A stretch of 64,000 nt of DNA, taken from NCBI RefSeq assembly GCF_009914755.1, contig NC_060947.1. The stretch is one strand, 5' to 3'. This document shows positions 59,532-64,000 of the stretch, one piece after another. Source of the DNA: the human T2T-CHM13v2.0 reference genome, Homo sapiens. A model generated the notes under the pieces. It made no database searches, was not told the origin of the DNA, and was given only the letters and a program-made list of their open reading frames with translations. Position 1 is the stretch's first letter, and the number at the start of each line of letters is the position of its first letter. Position numbers and translations under genes: made by a program.

Positions 59532-60416
59532 GATGTAACAATGTTAATAAAAGGTATTAACAAACTCAATTTCTATGTAGATACAATTTTCTTCTGCTTT
59601 TTGTTTTTATTATTATTTTAATTATTCACGTTTTCATTATTACTGTATTAATTATAGCTGATATACCAGTCCATATTTTTTCCTAATCGGTAGATTTGTT
59701 TCTAGTCATGCACTGTTTCGATACAATAAAATAATATATTTAATTTGTATGACCTCTGGCGTTAGTCATATATTTTGATATAAAAAATGGTAAAACCATA
59801 GATATTTTGGTCCTGTGTCTTTATTCTCAGAGTTGAGATGCTGCCACGCCTTCTGCTATTGTGATTGTAGCTTGGAATGCCAGCAACATGGGACTAACTA
59901 GGTCTATAATGAGTGGTAAAAGAGAATTTGGGTCATGATCTCATAAACACTGGGATATAGAAGAAAAAATAAGGCTTTGTAAGTATTTGCTTTTTGATCA
60001 TACTATCTTACAATTTTATTCTAAGAAATACATGCCGATCCTGTGGATTAAAACTAATAATCTTCCCAAAACTTTATTTCCCTTACTTCAGAATACCAAT
60101 GCTAAGAAAAAAGTATGAAGATATTTTTTTAAAAACATGTTTCAAACTTTTATAATGAAATAACTTGGGCATAAATAGTGCATGTCATATATTTTTAAAA
60201 ATGTGTTGACAGAGAAAATATATGAATTCCTTTCACTCCCAGAAAAAGACCAAACTAATTTATATATAATATAGAATCACGTATAAGAAAATTAACACTT
60301 TATGAAACACATTTAATCTTATTTTTAAAACATGTCATTTTTTTCTCCAACCAATGCTTTATTCATGGCATTAATTTTTCATTGGAACCCCAGTGATAAA
60401 TGTGTAAGAATACATC

Positions 60417-61117
60417 TGCTAGAGCAGGCAGATAGGTAGACATGAGCATGAAAGGGAACCCTGGAGACCTGAAGCCCTGGAAACTTTGTCACACCAGCAA
60501 ACAGTGCCCCACTAAAAAAATCAGAAAAAAAAAAAAGTCACATATGTAATTGTGGTTAGGATTATCTGGCCTTAAACTGGGACTTACTTACCTGGCCCTA
60601 GTAGGAAATAACTTCAGGCCCTAGTAGGAAATAATTTCAGTAGGAAAATTCAGTAGGCCTAGTAGGAAATAACTTACCTGGCCCTAGTAGTAAATAATTT
60701 CAGTAGGAAATACTGAGGACTTTCCTCAGTAGTGAGCATGTGCACTTCCACTTGCCTCACCTTAAAGGTAACCTTTTCTTCATTATAATAATTAAAACAC
60801 ACCCTGGTTGAGATTTAACATGCTAATAAGACATATGACATATGCACTTAGCATGTATGGTTATAGCACATGCACACCCAGGGGGCCACGCAAAACATGC
60901 ATGCTAGCAACACCACGTCATGCCACTTCTATGAATAATTATTTAAGATTCATATAAAGAGGGTTCCCCAGTGTCAGTTGACACTCATTCTCGAGCAGCC
61001 TGCTCTGACTTGGCTTTCAGAGTGTACCGTCCCTTTAAATAAGTAAGTTTGCTGCTGCTTATCTATTACTGCATGTCTCTTGACTTAATTATTTCTTCCA
61101 AGAAGACAAGAATCTGT
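60417..61117 (+). mobile_element. ERV1 LTR with a MER50-like start (family unassigned)
   Basis: Begins tgctagagcaggcagataggtagacatgagc, similar to the MER50 start at 62827; later gagatttaacatgctaat, catataaag TATA-like and U5-like cttccaagaagacaagaa. Confidence 0.65.
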
Positions 61118-61369
61118 GAATCTGCCTTTGATTTGGAAGCCCCCACTTCCAGTTATCCTGCCTTTCTGGACCAAACCAATGTACGTTTTACATGTATGGA
61201 TTGATGTCTCACAGTCTCCCTAAAAGGTATAAAACCAAGTTGTACTCTGACCACTTTGAGCACATGTTCTCAGGATCTCCTGAGGGCAGTGTCACAGGCC
61301 ATCGCTCACTCATATTTGGCTCAGAATAAATCTGTTCAAATATTTTCAGAAAGTTACTTTTTACTGACA
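61118..61369 (+). mobile_element. 3' half of a MER4B/D-type LTR
   Basis: ctggaccaaaccaatgtac...ctccctaaaaggtataaaacc...gcacatgttctcaggatctcctgaggg...ctcagaataaatct...tgaca. Confidence 0.8.
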
Positions 61370-61537
61370 TACAGGACAACAATAGTTAAAGATAATTAAG
61401 GAGATATTCGCTTTTTTAAAAAATTTAAATTCTAATCTCCCATGTAACATGAAGTTTTGAAATTAATTTTATTTCTTGGTTGATAGTAGACATATTTTTA
61501 TGTAGCCACATATAATTGTTATTTATAATGATTTTAA

Positions 61538-61887
<350 letters not shown>

Positions 61888-61962
61888 TCAGAAAAGAGAA
61901 TCTTCTATTTCTTACCTCATAAACCTTCAATAAATGAGCACGTAGCTTCGAAATTATCTATT

Positions 61963-63130
61963 TGAGGTAAAACAAAACTTATGAGAGGCCATTGTTTTGA
62001 GCTGAGCTCTTGCACTAGGCACCAACATTCCAGACCAAACCAAAATGGAGTGACCCATGCTAAGTGCAAACTAGTCAAACTGAAACTTTAAGGAAGCAGA
62101 TGTATTATCAGGGAAGGGTATCCAAGTTACGGGTGGTGAATCTGTATGGGTATGCAGCAACCTCAATTCTTGCCTCCTCAGAAAAAAGATTTTGACTGAG
62201 GGGCATACAGCAGATAAAAGAGACTGAGGCAAGTTTTAGAGCAGGAGTGAACGTTTATGAAAAAGGTTTAGAACAGGAATTAAAATAAAGTATTATTGGA
62301 AGAGGGCCAAGTGGGCATCTGGGAGGACAAGTGCTCCATTTCACTTTGGACTTAGGGTTTTATATGCTGGCTTACTTCCAGCATCTTGCATCCCTTTTCC
62401 CTTCATTCTTCCCTTGAAGTGAGCTACCTGCATGTGTAGTGGCCTGCTAGCACTTGGGAGGTGAGTATGTGCAGTGTGTTTACTGGACTTGTACACATGC
62501 TCTCCCAAGGCATTCTTCCCTTTGCTGGTGGAATGCCCCTGAAACATCATATACCATTAAACTCTGCCATTTTGTCTCTTAATGCGCATGTCTGAGTCCA
62601 CTCGCTCACCTCCTGAGATCTTATCCAGAAGCTGCTGATCACCAATTTCAGTTTTTTTTTTTTTCTATAGGGTGACTGCCTTTCCCTGGAACTGGCTGTG
62701 ACAAATTATTATTTCAGAGAGACAATTAACAACCACCTGACCATCGCCTTATTGTCTGCTGACATTCTTGGTTGTGGATAGGCCCTCTCCTGCCCTGCTC
62801 ATGCCTTACTAGCTACCTACTCTAACAAATGGATATCAAAAGTGACCTTTTTTTTTTCTTGAAGAAAAGAGATTCCAGTTTACCTCAGTCAATAATAAGA
62901 AAATTTCCTCTGCTTTATTCATTACAAAAAAGTAACCTGATGTTAACAAATTAGATTTCTTTTTCTTTGTTCTGTTTCCTTGCTCCCAATTTAAAGAATC
63001 CAGTGTTCTGCTATTGTCCATTGAGAGCTCTCATTCTATTTTTTTAGAATAAAGGCTGCCTTTATTCGTGAATCACAAACAAAAGCCAATTAGATCTATA
63101 ACTACATTTGCTGTAATTTTGTTTTTCAAC
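61963..63130 (+). mobile_element. MER4-group ERV1 solo LTR (family unassigned), split by MER50
   Basis: tgaggtaaaac...ccagaccaaaccaaaatggagt...aaggaagcag | gagattccagt...aaagtaacctgatgttaac...aaagccaattagatct...gtaattttgt. Confidence 0.7.
62103..62827 (-). mobile_element. MER50 solo LTR
   Basis: Minus-strand start tgttagagtaggtagctag...catgagcagggcaggagagggcc; ~725 bp; TSD (g/a)atg. Confidence 0.88.
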
Positions 63131-63271
63131 TTTGGTACCAGTATTTCTTTCCTATCTGCCCTTCCGGTTTATCCTAGAAAAATATAGTTTGTATTCCCTA
63201 GACAGTATAAATACAGCAAAACTAAAGCCATTTAAAATCCCTTTACAATTTCAAGGGCTTCTTTACACTTC

Positions 63272-63700
63272 TGTCAGATAAAGACAAACAGGTACTTAGA
63301 TAGGAGGACACTTCAGTTAAAAAGAAAGACTATTCCAATGGGAGACTGCTCCAGATCTCAAAAACTCTGTGAACATTTCAAAATCAAGCAGAAAAGTGAT
63401 TTTCCTTAATAGGGTAAAAAGGAGACAAGCAGAGATAAGCACGACCATTAGAGGAGAAGTTGGACAAACAAGGGAAAATAACCAATGCGTTCTGACAAAA
63501 ACTGTCCTGCTATGCTCAGGAAAACCAGGGAAAGAGGTTACATTCCACTGTGTTTGTTTGTTTTTGTGCTTGTTCCGGCTTGCAAGTTAGCAGAGTTCAG
63601 GGTCCTAAAGATGAAAGAGAAGCCTAATCAAAGGTTGGTGACAAAGCACAGGGTAAAAAGCAGGCAATTGTAAATACTTGGTCACTTTGAAGGAAACGGT
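63272..63700 (-). mobile_element. Possible old ERV1-class LTR fragment
   Basis: Starts tgtcagataaagacaaac with an LTR-like purine-rich pattern; family not recognised. Confidence 0.3.
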
Positions 63701-64000
63701 CAATTAAATTACATTTAGCAGTCTACAATTTGTAAACCACAGTCCTTAAGAAAAGTGGTCTTGAAACATCAGAAACTCAGCTTAGATTTACTGTTTTATT
63801 ATTGATTGACCAATGCAATTGACTTAAATAATAATATTTAATTAATGTTTTATACTATTTAATTATCATCATCTATACACATTCACACAGAGTATGATAA
63901 AATGCAAAGTAAAATATATTTGCTGGTAGAAATAATTATGAGATTTAATAAAGGTGTGATCCTATTTGGTTAACTCCTCTGGCCTCATTTTCTTCATCAC

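Overview
This is AT-rich primate genomic DNA, almost certainly human because it carries an AluYg6-type element. It looks like gene-desert or deep-intronic sequence. I find no host protein-coding gene, structural RNA gene, CpG island or CRISPR array. The longer ORFs in the track come from LINE-1 ORF1/ORF2 remnants or Alus, and the rest look like chance frames in AT-rich or simple-repeat DNA. More than half of the window is transposable elements: about ten Alus, many L1s of different ages (several with twin-priming inversions), a decayed MER4-group ERV1 provirus (31.4-41.5 kb) with nested insertions, solo LTRs (PABL_A-like, MER4A, MSTA, MLT1, MER50), DNA-transposon fossils and microsatellites. 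I do not see a new biological system. The notable signals are small mutational scars: a 40-bp mini-LTR12 with a perfect TSD, short L1 3' transductions, a ~23-bp orphan poly(A)/TSD insertion, and several locally templated insertions. Subfamily names come from recalled consensus sequences and need Dfam/RepeatMasker confirmation.
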